A stretch of DNA of 64,000 nt from Octopus vulgaris (Eukaryota), in assembly GCA_951406725.2 (NCBI GenBank), contig OX597823.1:43090001-43154000 (forward strand). The letters are read 5' to 3'. How positions within the stretch are numbered: the first letter of the stretch is position 1; the number at the start of each line of letters is the position of its first letter. Shown here piece after piece: positions 10,927-25,294 of this stretch. The translations under genes were made by a program, and so were the position numbers. Below the pieces are notes generated by a model. That model was given only the letters and a program-made list of their open reading frames with translations. It was not told where the DNA came from and ran no database searches.

Positions 10927-11545
10927 TCGAGGTCCGCCTAGCACAGATTGACCTTGAACTCTGCTGTGCATGGGCACTACGTTTTAACGTTCTAGATCAC
11001 TTTCCCTGTTTACAGCACTGCTTAGAAGGAAGGTGTGTAGCGTGTGATCGTCGAATTGACCATGTCAGAGAAAGCTGAGCAGAGAACCTGCATCAAATTT
11101 TTCCAACATCTTGGAGATACCTGCTCAGACGCCTACACAAAGTTTTCAAAAACTTTTCATCGTTTTCGTAGGCACAAACTTGGCGGAACGCGTCTCGTAC
11201 TCGAATCTTCAGTGATAATGAACTGAACTGAACCATAACTAATCTGCACATCCTCTGATGGATGGTTATTTGACGATATCCCCTCACAGGTGCACACACA
11301 TCTGCGATGTTTTTCCCAGTCATTTTATCGTCCATCCTAGAAACATCTGAACTACAGGTACACCTCATACAATCCTCTTCATACACATTCTGCAACTTTA
11401 CGTAGGCCTCTTAGCAGGTATCACCATGACAAATTTCTCTTTTATGGTTAATGCGACGATCACACGCTACATATCTTCCTTCCAGGAACTACTGTAAACA
11501 GCGACTGTGGCAACGGTCCGGATAATTTTTGATCAGACCTCGTAC
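10927..11545. mobile_element. Mariner-derived non-autonomous fold-back element
   Basis: AEQRTCIKFFQHLGDTCSDAY (mariner HTH start) on +, a second 5' end on -, and right TIR GATAATTTTTGATCAGACCTCG followed by TA. Confidence 0.75.
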
Positions 11546-11754
11546 TTGTCTAAATTTACAAATGTCTGCAATCCGTATCGAAAGATAAAAACAACTGAAA
11601 ATTGTAGCAATGTTTTATATCCTAACCAGACGGGCATATAACAACATGACAGTCAAAACTCAGGATCTTTAGCTAGACACAACTTTATGTATGGATGATA
11701 CCTGATGAGACCCAGACTGCAGAATGGATGCAACGCAACATGTTAAAAAGAGTC

Positions 11755-11797
<43 letters not shown>

Positions 11798-12399
11798 CTT
11801 TTGCTTGAATAATACACTGACTTTTGTAGGGACTGGAATTTCAGAGTTACACATTATATTATATCTCATTGCCTAATTACTCTAAAATATTTCTCAGCCA
11901 ATGTTGCTCCAATTCCTAAGAACATTTTCATTTCAGTTATTTCTTAACTCACAGACATATTGTAAAGTAAAGGGAGTATTTTCTCCACCCTTTTGTGCGA
12001 AGGCGTGCATTCAACCTCTTAATCTATCTTTAGCGCGAACACATACACACGCTCACACACTCGCACTGTCACACACACAAATACACACACACGCACACAG
12101 ATATGTATATCTATACATACCCTCTGCGTATGTTTCGTCCAATATATACCACTGACTTGTAAACCATAATTGTGCAGCTTCCCGATATTTTAGTCATGAT
12201 GGAATTGATGGTCGCTCATGCTTGTAGCATAGATGTGATATCTGGGAAACAATATAATATAGTTCACAATAGCTCGTGATCTTTCAGGCAACCTGCTGAC
12301 GGAGTGCGTGGAACATTTGTGTATGATTAGGAGACGAATGTTTAATACCAGCAGTAATTTTTCTAGCTATTTAATGGCTTAAAATACAGAACCAACATT

Positions 12400-13222
12400 A
12401 AGGAATCTTTTTGTCCATATTAAGGAATCATTTCCAAACCCTAAAAAGCTGACGAGGATGGCACAGGCCTTGTACAACGACTTCAAATTCACAATAGCCG
12501 ATTTCTCGGACGACGTAGTGTTGCTATCATCCACCTACGGACTCATCCAGAGCAAGACACAGATTAACCGAAAATGCTGACAGAAGGGGAGTTGTACTCA
12601 ACCCAGAAATATGTAAAACACTAAGAAATAGCGCGAGACAACAAGCTCGTGTGAGAACCGGCGACAATGAGGTGGAAGACATCGAAAAGTTTGTTTTCTT
12701 CGTGATGATAGTTAAGAAAGACGGAGGCAAAACTGATGCTATGAAGAACAGACTATCTAAATACCAGGAAGCATTCTACAATCTCACAAAGTATGGAGAA
12801 GCAAAAGTATAGGCCGCGAATCGAAGCTGAAGCTGTTCAAGACTTTGGTCTGACCAGTATAATTACTCTGGAAAATCACAAAAATGGAAGAAAACCCACT
12901 GCACAGTTTCCAGTTCACATGCTTAAGGAGAATACTCAACATCAAGTGGCTGCAAAGATTCCGAAATTACGCTTTTGAGGAGGGATCAGTGACAAAATAA
13001 GAACTGGATTGGACACGCCTTCAGTGATTTAACGGGGACAAGAGGAGCTGAGCGCCCTAAAACCACATGTCAAAATACAATTGACAAAGAAAGTAGACGA
13101 GAATGGTGGAGAAGCTGAATTGAGACTAGAACAGAGGCAGAAAACAGAGCTGGTTGTAGAGATCGTGTTGCTGCCATATGTACCTCATGGCAGAGAGAGA
13201 ACTAACGAACTAACAAACTAAC
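12400..13222 (+). mobile_element. Degenerate RTE-clade LINE 3' fragment
   Basis: DFSDDVVLLSS (YADD-equivalent) near 12500, RNWIGHA near 13000, (CTAA)-type tail at ~13200. Confidence 0.65.
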
Positions 13223-13754
13223 ATAAATATCAGGAGTAATTTTATGTTAACGATATTAAGGTAGATAGAGTGATCAGTACAGCATCTCTTCCAACCACAA
13301 CATAAAGCAAACTACACCACAAAATCCAACTTTGAATTCCCCAAAACAATAAGAAATATTTCACCATATATTTTACTTCCCTGCAGACAAAGTTATCGGA
13401 AAGTGAGGTAACGACCAAATATGAGGTATGAGAATAGTGTCAGTAACTATACTATAGTAGTAAATATTTTTCCCAAAGTATTCGGAGTAGAATTTTGTGA
13501 TGGAAGGGTACATAAGCGCTTTATCGAATTCGGTGAATCTGTAATTATATTTGCTTTCTTATTTTTTCGATCACTTCTTTACAGGGGTTTTGTTTTTCTA
13601 TAGAGATAATTTCATTGTAAAATGCGAACTACATACAATGAGCAAACTCATTCTAAACGCAATTTAAACCAGGAAAAAGTTATAAATTACGTAAAATGTA
13701 GTAATTTTCATATAGTTGCAAATTCGCACACACACACACATATATCTATGCATT

Positions 13755-14038
<284 letters not shown>

Positions 14039-14329
14039 GTTGCGAATATTTCTTTTTTTTACTTATTTCAGCTGTGGCAACGCTTTGAGAGTTATCGTCG
14101 AACAAATTGACACAATACTTACTGTTTCACATCTGGTAATTGTTCTGTCGGTTTCTTTTAACCAAACCCCTGTGTTACTGGGAGGTAAACAAACCAACAC
14201 CCGTTGACAAGTACTGGAAGACAAGCACGAACATTAATGTACGCGCGCGTGCACCCAACACAAACTCACGCGCGCACGCGAACACACTAACATACACGTA
14301 TGTATTTATATATAAGACGTGATAGAATT

Positions 14330-14502
14330 TTCAGGATTTTCTTTCTCCTTCCTTGAATATACTGATCTGACGGCGTCTTGAGATCATTTAGGACCTGGCG
14401 TACCACCCACATCTTAAGGAACAGGATGGAGGGTTTAATTTTCAGCGGCAACCCGCTTTCTGGCAACAATTCGAATGGGATATCATTGAGTCCCGGGCTT
14501 TT

Positions 14503-14533
<31 letters not shown>

Positions 14534-15240
14534 GGCTTTCATACATTTCATTAATTTACGGAACTCGAGCTTTTATCAAAGGTTGTGATAGACAGAAAAT
14601 TACTATTCTCAGAATGTCTTCTGTTGTTCATTCACGATTTAGCAAAACAGCAGAATGTTACTTCCAGCGGCCTAGGATGTTCAGCGGCTTAGTTAGAATG
14701 TTAACATTGTCTGCTGCAAGTCGAATATCATTTGACGACTTTACAGGACCAAACAGTTGTTTAATTCCAGCATAGAAATTTCTAAGACTTCAAGCATCAA
14801 AATGTTATTGAAACGCCCTTGCTTTCCGTTGCCCCCAAGCTTTCTACGTCTCACTCAGCCGTGTTTGGTACTTTTGTTTGATATTATCCAAGCTGGTCTT
14901 CTTCATGCGATAATTGGGCCTTTCTCTTTTCATCGATCAGCCACTTGATTTCTTTCCCGTTGTCATGAAACCAGTCTTGATTCTTTCTTTTGGAAAATCC
15001 GATAGTGCATTTGTCAGCCAGCTTCGGAGTTGATGTTTTTCAAGGAAGACCATTTTTCTTCCAAGGTGTGATTACCTGCAAAGTTGGAGTTGATCTTATC
15101 GCGCATGGAATTTTGATATCTGATTCTCCACTGGTAATTCTGGGGGTTTGAGATGTCAAATGAAGGCCGACCGGAAGTGGGGACATGGTATTCATTGTGC
15201 TTGCTCTACTGCATATCAGCATTTCTGAATTATTGACTTC
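14330..15240 (-). mobile_element. Degenerate RTE-like LINE internal fragment
   Basis: Minus strand reads PGLNDIPFEL (K.PG.D.IP.EL motif) at ~14470-14500; many stops and indels. Confidence 0.55.
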
Positions 15241-17302
15241 TTTCAGATAATGGCTGTCTGGCTAGAAATATATGACTGGTATTATTTTCTCAATACTAGT
15301 ATTGTGTGATAAATGCTAAAGAAGTATCAATACTGATACGATGTTTTCAACACTGGAGAAATAGCGATAGTGGTGTTATTTTATTAATAATATTATGGTA
15401 GCAATACTAATATTATTTTTATTATACTAGAAGGATACATTTCAGGCATATTTCAAACTATCGAAAAGTGTACAGGGAGCCAGTATACGAAAAGCAAATT
15501 AAATCTTCCGATATTTTATCTCGGTAAAATAAGATTCGCAGCAATATTGAGTAATGTACGTAATTCTGTATTCTAATATCTGATATTACCTCATTTGACG
15601 TGAGCTTAATTAATTATTATCGATTTTATTTCGAAGGGTTTGCCCACACATATTTTATACTCGCTGATTCGTTCTCCTTAAATCTGTTGCCGACCACCTT
15701 CAACATTTGATTTGAAATTATGCTGCATCCCAAGCTATTTGCTATGTCTTACATCTGATATTGGATAACCTCAACTGTGAGTTCAAGTTAAAATCAATAA
15801 ATTTTACAGAAACAGTCAAAAACCGTCGAAATCTTTATAGAGGAGAGAAACTCTTAGCCAATTTCTTTCTTGCTATAGCTATATACTCTGGATACTATAA
15901 ATCTTTTGCTCTAACTTAAACGAATCTGATGAGGTTTCTTTACGATAATTTCCGTTGTTTGTCGATAAATATAGTGCCAAATTTTAATACTTCTGGCAAA
16001 CAAACTGTATTATTTATTAATGACTAAATAATAAACACCATAAACGAACTGACTCAAGAAAACAAAAGAAATCCTAATCAACCCATAAATATCTCTATAA
16101 TCAACCCGTTAGTATTTCACAACCGCCAACAACCAAATCTATTAAAGTACATTACTTTTCGCTCGCGATTTCATGTACTGAGATAGAAATGATCTGAGCC
16201 AAACTTTTCGATGTTTTCTTTTATAGTATTTCTATAATATATTTTCAACACAGTCCAATTTCGATCATATTAATACAAATGTTTCAATTAGAGGTAAGAA
16301 GATTTTATCTAAATCTTGAAGAACACATTTATTGATTTGACTAAATTCTATTAGTAAAAATTTAGTAATTGTAGGTACATACCTAATCTATTAAACAGGA
16401 AAGAAAAGGAAAGATTGGACGCGCTGTGAATCTATATAAAAATAGGACGGCCGCTATTGAGATAAATAGATCTATATGAGCTTTACATAGGGTACCAACT
16501 GATATAAACCATTGTATGTGGAGAGGGTTACTATCAAAAGTATAAATATCAATCTATTCGTTTCGGAATGAATGAGTTATCCAAGAACACAATGCTATGC
16601 CCATTAGGGAAAGATCTCTAGTCGCCGTATTGATATTAATGTACTCACGTAAAAAAGGACCTCCTTGAAACTCTTGTCGATTTGTTACCTTTCTTTCTCG
16701 TATACTATTTTACATTTTCTATATATTCATAAATATTACGTTTTATTGAGCCAACAGTTTTACACTATTTGTATTAGATGTATTCCTTTTAACAAGAAAT
16801 GTATTAATTTTTCCGTCTAAAGAGACTTTCTGAAGAGCAACATCAGGGTCTCATTTGTTATAAATATGATTGAGAGTATTGGTTCTGAGGTTAAAATTTC
16901 ACAATTTTTCCCTCTGGTCGATAAACTAAACCAGATCGCAGATATTCCACCATATATTGATGCTAGCTGTCATCAATGTAAAGAGGCTGTAAAACCTAAA
17001 TCCGCGTAAAAATAAAATGGCATTATGGTGTAAAAAATTAGCAACAAAGCCTAGCTTGTAAATAATTATCATTGCTCGGTTAAGGCCTTAATAGCTCAAC
17101 AAGTATCATGTGTGAAGGAAATTTTAACTTTTGTTCCCCCAATTCAATAACGCTATTATTTGACAAAATATTTTTAGGATTTATGACACGTTTGAAAAAG
17201 AGAAAATTTTTTTTATCAAGCTAGTTTCCAATTATTCGTCATCATAAATTTCAAATAGTTATGATAAATTGAGGTTATTCTCAATGTACAACGGCAACGA
17301 AG

Positions 17303-17511
17303 CAAAATATAAATTATTGAATCCATCTAAGTTATATTCCTTTAGAACAGACCAGAATTCAATAAAATATACAGTTGGTTACTTCACTATCGTTGTTCTT
17401 TTTGTTGTTACCTTTCTTGTTGTGCGAAAATATAAATTTATGAATCCATCCTGGTTATATTCCTACAGAACACAATGTGATTTCAATAAAATATACAGCT
17501 GTTTATTTCAG
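17303..17511. repeat. Diverged local duplication (~83-bp unit, ~124-bp offset)
   Basis: AAAATATAAATT..TGAATCCATC...GTTATATTCCT..AGAACA...TTCAATAAAATATACAG occurs twice. Confidence 0.75.
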
Positions 17512-19544
17512 TAAGTTGACGTCTTAAATAATAAAAGGTAGCTTGCTTATCATTACGCTTTAGATGATCGAACGTTTTGTCAAATGTGGAAAAAAAACAT
17601 ACTATTTAAAAACTACTCTTTCTTATACACATGCACTCAAAGACTAAACTAATTGAATGCCACTAACATACACGATACCAGGTGAAATTGTCAAGCTGTT
17701 TTAGGTTTTAAAAAATAAGCAACGTTCCTGCTTTATTTAATAAAATGATACAGAACGTTGATAAGTGTTGAAGATATAACGTGTGAATAATCATACTTTG
17801 AAATACGATTTTAATATTAATAAAACATAATTAAATTCTCTGGAAGATATAAAAGTATAAAAGTCGACGTAATTACACATTACGCTTATTATTAGTTCTA
17901 CTTTTGAGAATCTAAGAGGCTGAAAGGCAAAATAGACTTTGATGTAAATGGAGGTAACTAAACTAAAGTACTGAACTAAGTTCAGGAATAGATGTGCGAA
18001 GCAGTGTCTGAGTGTAAACAAAATTAATACCCGTCCAAATATGCCGAAGTGATATTTGAACAGGTATTTGAACATGAATTTGTTGCAGCATGACTGACGA
18101 TATGCGCCATGTGTCAATAATATTTTCTGATTTCTTATAGGAAAAACCTCACCCCTCAGTAAGGTCAGAATAAGCTCTCCTTTGGTATTTGCAGCGACCA
18201 AGAACTAAGAATTTGAAATGGACGCATCCAGCAGTCTATTAGTAAGTGGTTTGAGTTGACTATGGTGTTTTACACTATTTTGTCTTAAGCGGGGATATTT
18301 CCTCCATGAAAAACTGCAGTGTTTATCCTTTTAATGAGTTCAAACATCTCTCAGACATATTGGAGCAAGCTTTAAGTTTGTTTACTGAACTACGTATCGC
18401 AAGGAAACTCCATATTTGCTATCGCTTGTACAATCTCCGCCATACATATACAATGCTAATACGGTTTGTAGTTACTATTTGCAATACTAAACATAAACTT
18501 CTGAGAATAAGTTTACATTGAAATACAAAAACAACAGCGTTACTGAACATCTATCAGCTGAGCTGCGTCATTCACTCGATACCAGTTGCTAGAGCGTAAT
18601 GTCTACTGATATTTCGTTGCGGAGAAATATGGACATTTTGTAACAAGGTTGATGCTAATTTCACATTTCGTAATAACAGAGAAAGATTGTAATTTCCACA
18701 TGCTGGAATTTCTACTTGTTTTATTTTTCCATCGATAATTCTATTTCGAAGTTTGCAACAGACAAAATGGGATAATTGCAAATCACAGCATTTGTTGGAC
18801 GTTTAAGAAAAGACGAACGATGTTGGCAGTTATGACTTATAGTTATATTTTTAGCAATTAAAGTGATGCTGGCGATATTGATGGAACTTCATCAGAATAG
18901 TGTGATGTAGTGATGTTAATGATTGTTATATTGACTGGCTGATGGCAGGAGTAAGTGGTAGGCTGATGAATTAGAATTTGTTGGCGTCTATAAAGAGTAA
19001 TGGTGGCTAAGAATTTATTGCATTAAAGTAACAGATTTCTCATTACGTCAATTAACACACATGACTTCCATTTCTTTAACAATCCTGTAAAATCCCGCAA
19101 AAGGAAATTATGTCTCTGACTCGGCGTCAAGAATGCGACGTCGGGTGATGGACGCGTCAGATTTAATAAGAAGGCTATTTGTAGCAAATTTAAAGCTTGC
19201 GGACGAATATTTTAAATCTTCAGTAATCGTAATAACTCACAGCTGTAAAAGCATTAGTCCGTTTAATTTGGACTTCTGCTTCTGGACATAAACCGTGTGA
19301 TAAGTTAAGTCTTTAGACCGGGTGTGTGAAATGCAATTGTACAATCAACAATGGCGGCATTAACTTTAATCAACAGCAGAGAATAAAGTGGATGGGGGTG
19401 GGGGTTGAACGAAGCTAAGTAATCGAACCGCATTCAATTATCAGCTAAAATCTCTTTTCAGTGCTTTTGCTCTTTTAGTCGATTTATTGCAATTTATAAA
19501 TTCATGAAGATCACGGCACATCGTAATGAAAGGGGATGCAGGAC

Positions 19545-19575
19545 AGCAACAACTACAACAACTACTAGTACCGCT

Positions 19576-19606
<31 letters not shown>

Positions 19607-19744
19607 ATGATAATGACGATGACGATGATGATAACGATGATGATATTACTGCTACTACTGCTGCAACTACTTAATGTAATATTGGTGATGGTGATGGTGA
19701 TGGTTGTATGAATCTGTTGTTACTGGTGATGGTGATCATCGTCC

Positions 19745-19779
<35 letters not shown>

Positions 19780-19785
19780 TTGGTA

Positions 19786-19849
<64 letters not shown>

Positions 19850-19980
19850 AAGCAGCAACAGTAGCATCACCATCACCAGCAACAGCACCTGCAGTGGCTA
19901 CGGCGGCGGCGGCGGCGGCGGCGACATCGGTTTTGGGGCTGATGCTGCTAGTGGTGGTGCTGGTGTTTATATTAGCAGCA
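19545..19980. repeat. Compound trinucleotide array (CTG/ATG/GTA/GCA/GGC)
   Basis: Direct reading; explains the homopolymeric ORFs here. Confidence 0.9.
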
Positions 19981-20380
19981 ATACCCTTCATCGTACTTTG
20001 TACAGTTACGCTACGAGAAAGGGATTTATTGTGACTGGGAATGATATGTGTTGTAGCTATGATTGCTCTGTTGATCTAGTGATATATTTGTAGTTGATGT
20101 TAATCAATAGAGAAATAAACATTGTCATTCTACACATTACTACCATATCTCGTTCTGATCCATAAAATACTAATAACAATATTGTCCAGCATATCTTACA
20201 TTGATTCATTTGTTTGACGATTCGCAAAAGGCATCGTGTAGCTAATATTTAGTGTTACATAATGTCAAGTAGAATGAAGTCGAGCGGTGGGTAAGACATG
20301 ACTCTAACAGTGTTGTTTGATTCAAATGTAGAAGTTTAGGTTGTGATACATAACTAGCAGGCGATTGGTGTAGTATTCGT

Positions 20381-20414
<34 letters not shown>

Positions 20415-20420
<6 letters not shown>

Positions 20421-20616
20421 ATCCAAACATGAAAACACAACAACGTGAGGACGTGGAACAAATATAGCATTAGTGGACGCTAAGGAAGGAAGGAAAGAAG
20501 GAGGGTTTAACGTTTCGAGCGGAGCTCTTCGTCAGAAACATAAGAAAAGGAAAGATCCAAAGAAGGGAAGACGGAGGATAAAAATCGCCAACGGTACACA
20601 CGCGGTCACATTTTGA

Positions 20617-20618
<2 letters not shown>
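20415..20618 (-). mobile_element. Short HHR-bearing element (PLE pseudo-LTR or retrozyme-like) inserted in (TA)n
   Basis: (TA)n on both sides; second copy at 44498-44630 and a diverged relative at ~24440-24553 (+). Confidence 0.75.
20505..20539 (-). ncRNA. Minimal type I hammerhead ribozyme
   Basis: GUUU-CUGACGA-A-GAGC-UCC-GCUC-GAAA-CG-UU-AAAC: intact core, stems I and II, palindromic stem III (AACGUU). Confidence 0.85.
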
Positions 20619-20680
<62 letters not shown>

Positions 20681-22216
20681 TCATACAATTTTATGTCGTT
20701 TTGCAGTCTAATAACTTAAACAGTTCTTGTTCAAATAACTTCAAATTTTAAAAGGATGCGTACAAACAGGTTAACATTTTATGCGTAATGTGTGATATGT
20801 TTATCTTTTCAGGTGTAGAAATGGCATTCACTGGAAGAGAAATATAATATTTCTTGGTCTACCATAGATGACAATGTTCTATACTATGTCCTGCGCTGGT
20901 TATGCTTAAAGTAATGTAAACTGATCTTTTAGATAATCCACTACTTTTATTAAACAAACAAAGAAATGTTTACTATATGTCAACTCAGATTTTTAAAAAT
21001 ATTCCGTTTTTATCGCAAAATTAAATGTAGTTCTTTGAGTGTCTATCACAAATCTCATATAAACTGAATTCACTTCTTACACCAAGCTGGCTTAATTCAA
21101 TCTAAGTTTACTTATATCACCAACCTAAATGTGTATGTTGAGATCCCTCAACACAATTCTCACTCACTTTAAATGGAGGTACTTCTTACAACTATTTAAT
21201 TCAAATTATGCCACAAATATATATGTAGTAATTTCATTCTTTATAAACGACTTAACCACATTAGATTGGTTTACTATTCCGCTTACTTAACCTTTTCCGC
21301 CTAGATCCAATATGAATCATATTAATCGTCTTTTCTCACTTTGATTATCCTTTTATATAACAATCCGACATTTTTTGCTTGCATCCCCTATTCTAAATTC
21401 CGCCGTTTCTCGAACTCTGAATCATTCCGTATTCTATCATTTTTAATATTTAATCTTACTTTCCATTGTAACTGGAATGATATCGTCATCATCTAACTAA
21501 CTGTTATTCTCTAGTGGCCACATACTGCTAGTAGATTTTCGTTGAATATTCTCTACTAAGAGACAAGATTTACAATCTGTGTTCTCTCTTATTTAATATG
21601 TCTACACACTCGCCTAAACATATACATTACCTTCAATAAACACTAAAATTAAATATTAATGCCTTATTAGTACAATAAACGATTCATTTTAGTGACTCTC
21701 AACGAATACAGATATCCCAAGTTGAATAGATCTCCGCTATATCTCCACCTCCCGAGGACTGAATTGAGCGCAAATATATGGGTTGCTACTGCTTATTTTG
21801 CACAACGTTCTCCGTCTGCGCATCTGTTCTTGAAACAGTTCCAAGAGATTTTCTGCATACTTATTCTGTTCCTTCCTTCTCATGATCTGTACTCATATAA
21901 TTTTCAGTTTCAAAGATATTACTGTCATAATTAAACCTGATATCAACTGTTTCGCCTTTTTATACTTTTATCATTTTACGCTTATATATATGTGTGTGTG
22001 TTTGTGAGTTTGTGCGTGTGTTTGCGCGCGCTTGTGTGTTGTATTGTATCTGTGCACAACAACTTTCCGCCCTATTGACATGGCCTACAGACAACCCGGA
22101 ACAAGATATCCAATGCCAAGATGATTTGCAGTCCCGCGATTGTGAGCGCGCTATTTTATCAAGCGCAAGCGAAATATTCTCAAAACCCTCAATGGTATTC
22201 CCTCCATTGTGTACAT

Positions 22217-22260
<44 letters not shown>

Positions 22261-23469
22261 TATATATATATAAATACGACACTGTTCGTGGCCAAATTCG
22301 TCACAAGGAGAATAGAAACATTCGATTCCTACAGAGAAATCGTATTAATGTATTACTCCAGTTATTAATCATCTATATTTAATATGCTTCCGTTTATTGA
22401 ACGCCTGATATTCTATTTAAATAGAGACACTGTATTTCCATCCAATACTGGGAGCAGATGATAACTGGGACGCCATTTTCAAGTTAGCTTAATGCCGATG
22501 TGGTCACACAGGTCGAGATTTTATTCACAAATATTAATCAAAGTTGCTCTGTCTAATGAATATTAATAGAAACAATCAATCAGACAAACTACCCCAAACA
22601 TACGTACACACATACACTAATATGCACTAACACATACATTCGTACATATACAAATATAGACAGGAACTTGTGTACGAAATGGAGTTAGCAAGAGTGTGCG
22701 TATATGTCTCAGTATTGATCTCTATAAAATTATTATGCAATGACAGATACAGGCCTTCCTTAAAGCGTCTTGAAAAACAATTATCACCAAGAAACTTCGA
22801 CTGGACGTGCAGTTTTATCCAGGATTGAAAACTTATCATTATAAATACTGCTAATTTAAATGCGTTCGTACAAATGCGTATTCATTTAAAAACACTTTAA
22901 CAAAATATATTTCGTTGCCAAACGGAATTCTCATTAAGAAGTGTTCTAGAAAACATTCGCAAAAATATATTAATTGTAATCTTTTACAGATAACAGCGTT
23001 TATTTAAAACATTACAGTACACAATTATTATTGCCAATATTCAATTAAGCAGACTACTGCAGAAATATTCTATTACAAGCCATTAATAAATTCTTCTTAT
23101 ATATTAATTAATATATTCATCCATCCATACATATATGCATGTATGTAAATATTAAATACATACAAACATACATACATACATGCATACATGCATACATACA
23201 TACATACATACATACATACACACATATGATGGTTACAAACTCATGTTCGAGTAGTGCCATCGAAAATCACACATATGCGAGAGCTACGATCAGCCATTTT
23301 TGTGATAGAATTTACTCTTTTCCATCGATGCCTGTGCATGATGTTCTTTCTTATAGCGGGGAAATGATTTGTACACATCCAATCCCACTCTCTGAACATG
23401 GACAAATATAAACTCGAAAAGAAAAACTTGTCTACATCATCGAATATTGTCATTGTCGCATGTTTTCTC

Positions 23470-23805
23470 TGAGTGTCGCCCCCCTACAGAGATGCTTTGA
23501 CAACAGAGGGGCCTCCCACTCCCTGTTGGCTAACCACGCGTCTGGACGCCAACCCAGGTATTTCCATGTCCCGAAGCATGCATCCACGCATGCATACACA
23601 TGTTCATATATTGTTGGATAGCCGTTGACGGTCCGTGAGATCGTCCGTCCTTTCACAGGTCTTATCTTTCGTCCTGCAGAGTATCCAACAATCACCATCC
23701 TCACCAAGCAAGCTTGATTGGGTTGCCATTTTAGTCACCGACAAACCGACCATGCCACAGGTTGTACTGGATTACGTGTTACCAGTAGCGCCCGGGACCG
23801 ACCTG

Positions 23806-23807
<2 letters not shown>
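23470..23807 (-). mobile_element. Diverged relative of the 5628-6166 repeat (5' part)
   Basis: Reverse complement GCTACTGGTAACACGTAATCCAGTACAACCTGTGGCATGGTCGG...GACTAAA...CTTGCTTGGTGAGG. Confidence 0.75.
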
Positions 23808-23842
<35 letters not shown>

Positions 23843-24178
23843 AACACACACACACACAAACACGCACGCACACACACGCACACACATATATGTGCGTATA
23901 TAAATATATCAATACGAGTGAATGAACAAACGAACAGAAGAAACACTGATAGCATACGGTAGGAGGTGTATTGATTAGCACGTTGACTTAGCTCCTTGTG
24001 TTACTTAAAATTTCGTATACGTGAAAATACTAACATATCCGCGATATATTGAAAGGAGGATATTCTAAGACTCATTAACTTTTTAAAAACATTTTTGAAA
24101 GAACAGAATGACACGTACGTTATGGAATGGAGTTTATATACTATGTGTAAAAGCTGTCACTGTTCATTGTTCATTGTG

Positions 24179-24244
<66 letters not shown>

Positions 24245-24568
24245 TTGGAATACTCAGTATAAAGCATTATGTGGAATATATTAATATATTACATAACATT
24301 CGTAAGCCCGAAACAATGCGAAATAAATCCAAGGTAAATTGCAGGAAAACAGGCATATAAATTAATGGTAACATATCCTGCATACAATATTTCAGGGTTA
24401 TTAACCCCGCTTCAGGAATTAGCGAATGTTTCTACATATAAGCGTAAAACATATTTTCTTTCCTACCCTGACCGTCTGCTAATACTTTGCATGTACCACG
24501 TCCTCGCGTTGTTGTTTTACTTGTGTTTATTCTTCGTTTTGTTTTTATTAACTATATATATATATTGT

Positions 24569-24712
24569 AGTTGTTGATCCAAACTACTCAAGTGGTATCA
24601 CAGCAAAGATCCTTTACTGGGTCAGGCTACAAGCTACATAGTAAACCATAGTAGCCTGACCCCTTAAAGGATCTTTGCTGTGATACCACTTGAGTAGTTT
24701 GGATCAACAACT
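24569..24712. repeat. Inverted repeat, 62-bp arms with 20-bp spacer
   Basis: 24569-24630 is complementary to 24651-24712 except for two positions. Confidence 0.95.
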
Positions 24713-24906
24713 CATTTTGCCCAGTTTTAGACATCATTTTTTAAAGATTATCACTGTAGACATTAGTGTGAGAAAGAAGTGACTTTAAACCCAACAGAGA
24801 AACGATTATTATGTGTTTTTCACCCCAAATTTATTAAGATATTTTATTAGCATCCTTATTTGCAATCGTGTCAAAAATTGAAAAAATGCACATGTCACCA
24901 ATCATG

Positions 24907-24943
<37 letters not shown>

Positions 24944-25005
24944 TGCCACTTTTTGATGAAATTTTTTCTGTAAAAAACTTCATCCTATATTAGCATGTAT
25001 GTATA

Positions 25006-25062
<57 letters not shown>

Positions 25063-25247
25063 CATGCTCTCCTTTTTCTCTCCTTGTTTCTCTCCTATTT
25101 TTTCTGTGTTCCTTTCTGTGGAAAATCGTAGGCTCAAAACATAAAAGACTTTTTCAATTCCTGAGCGTTATACTCTATTTGTTTTGTACACCACCTGTCT
25201 TCGTCTTTTGTTTTTATCGTAAACTCTCCCTATATATACATATATAT

Positions 25248-25294
<47 letters not shown>

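Noticed and set aside
19526-20093. Poly-S, poly-V and poly-T ORFs as host exons
   Set aside because: Compound trinucleotide repeat, open in several frames, with no supporting splice context.
20795-20915. Possible exon after the acceptor-like TTTATCTTTTCAG
   Set aside because: No recognisable protein and no convincing donor; needs RNA-seq.
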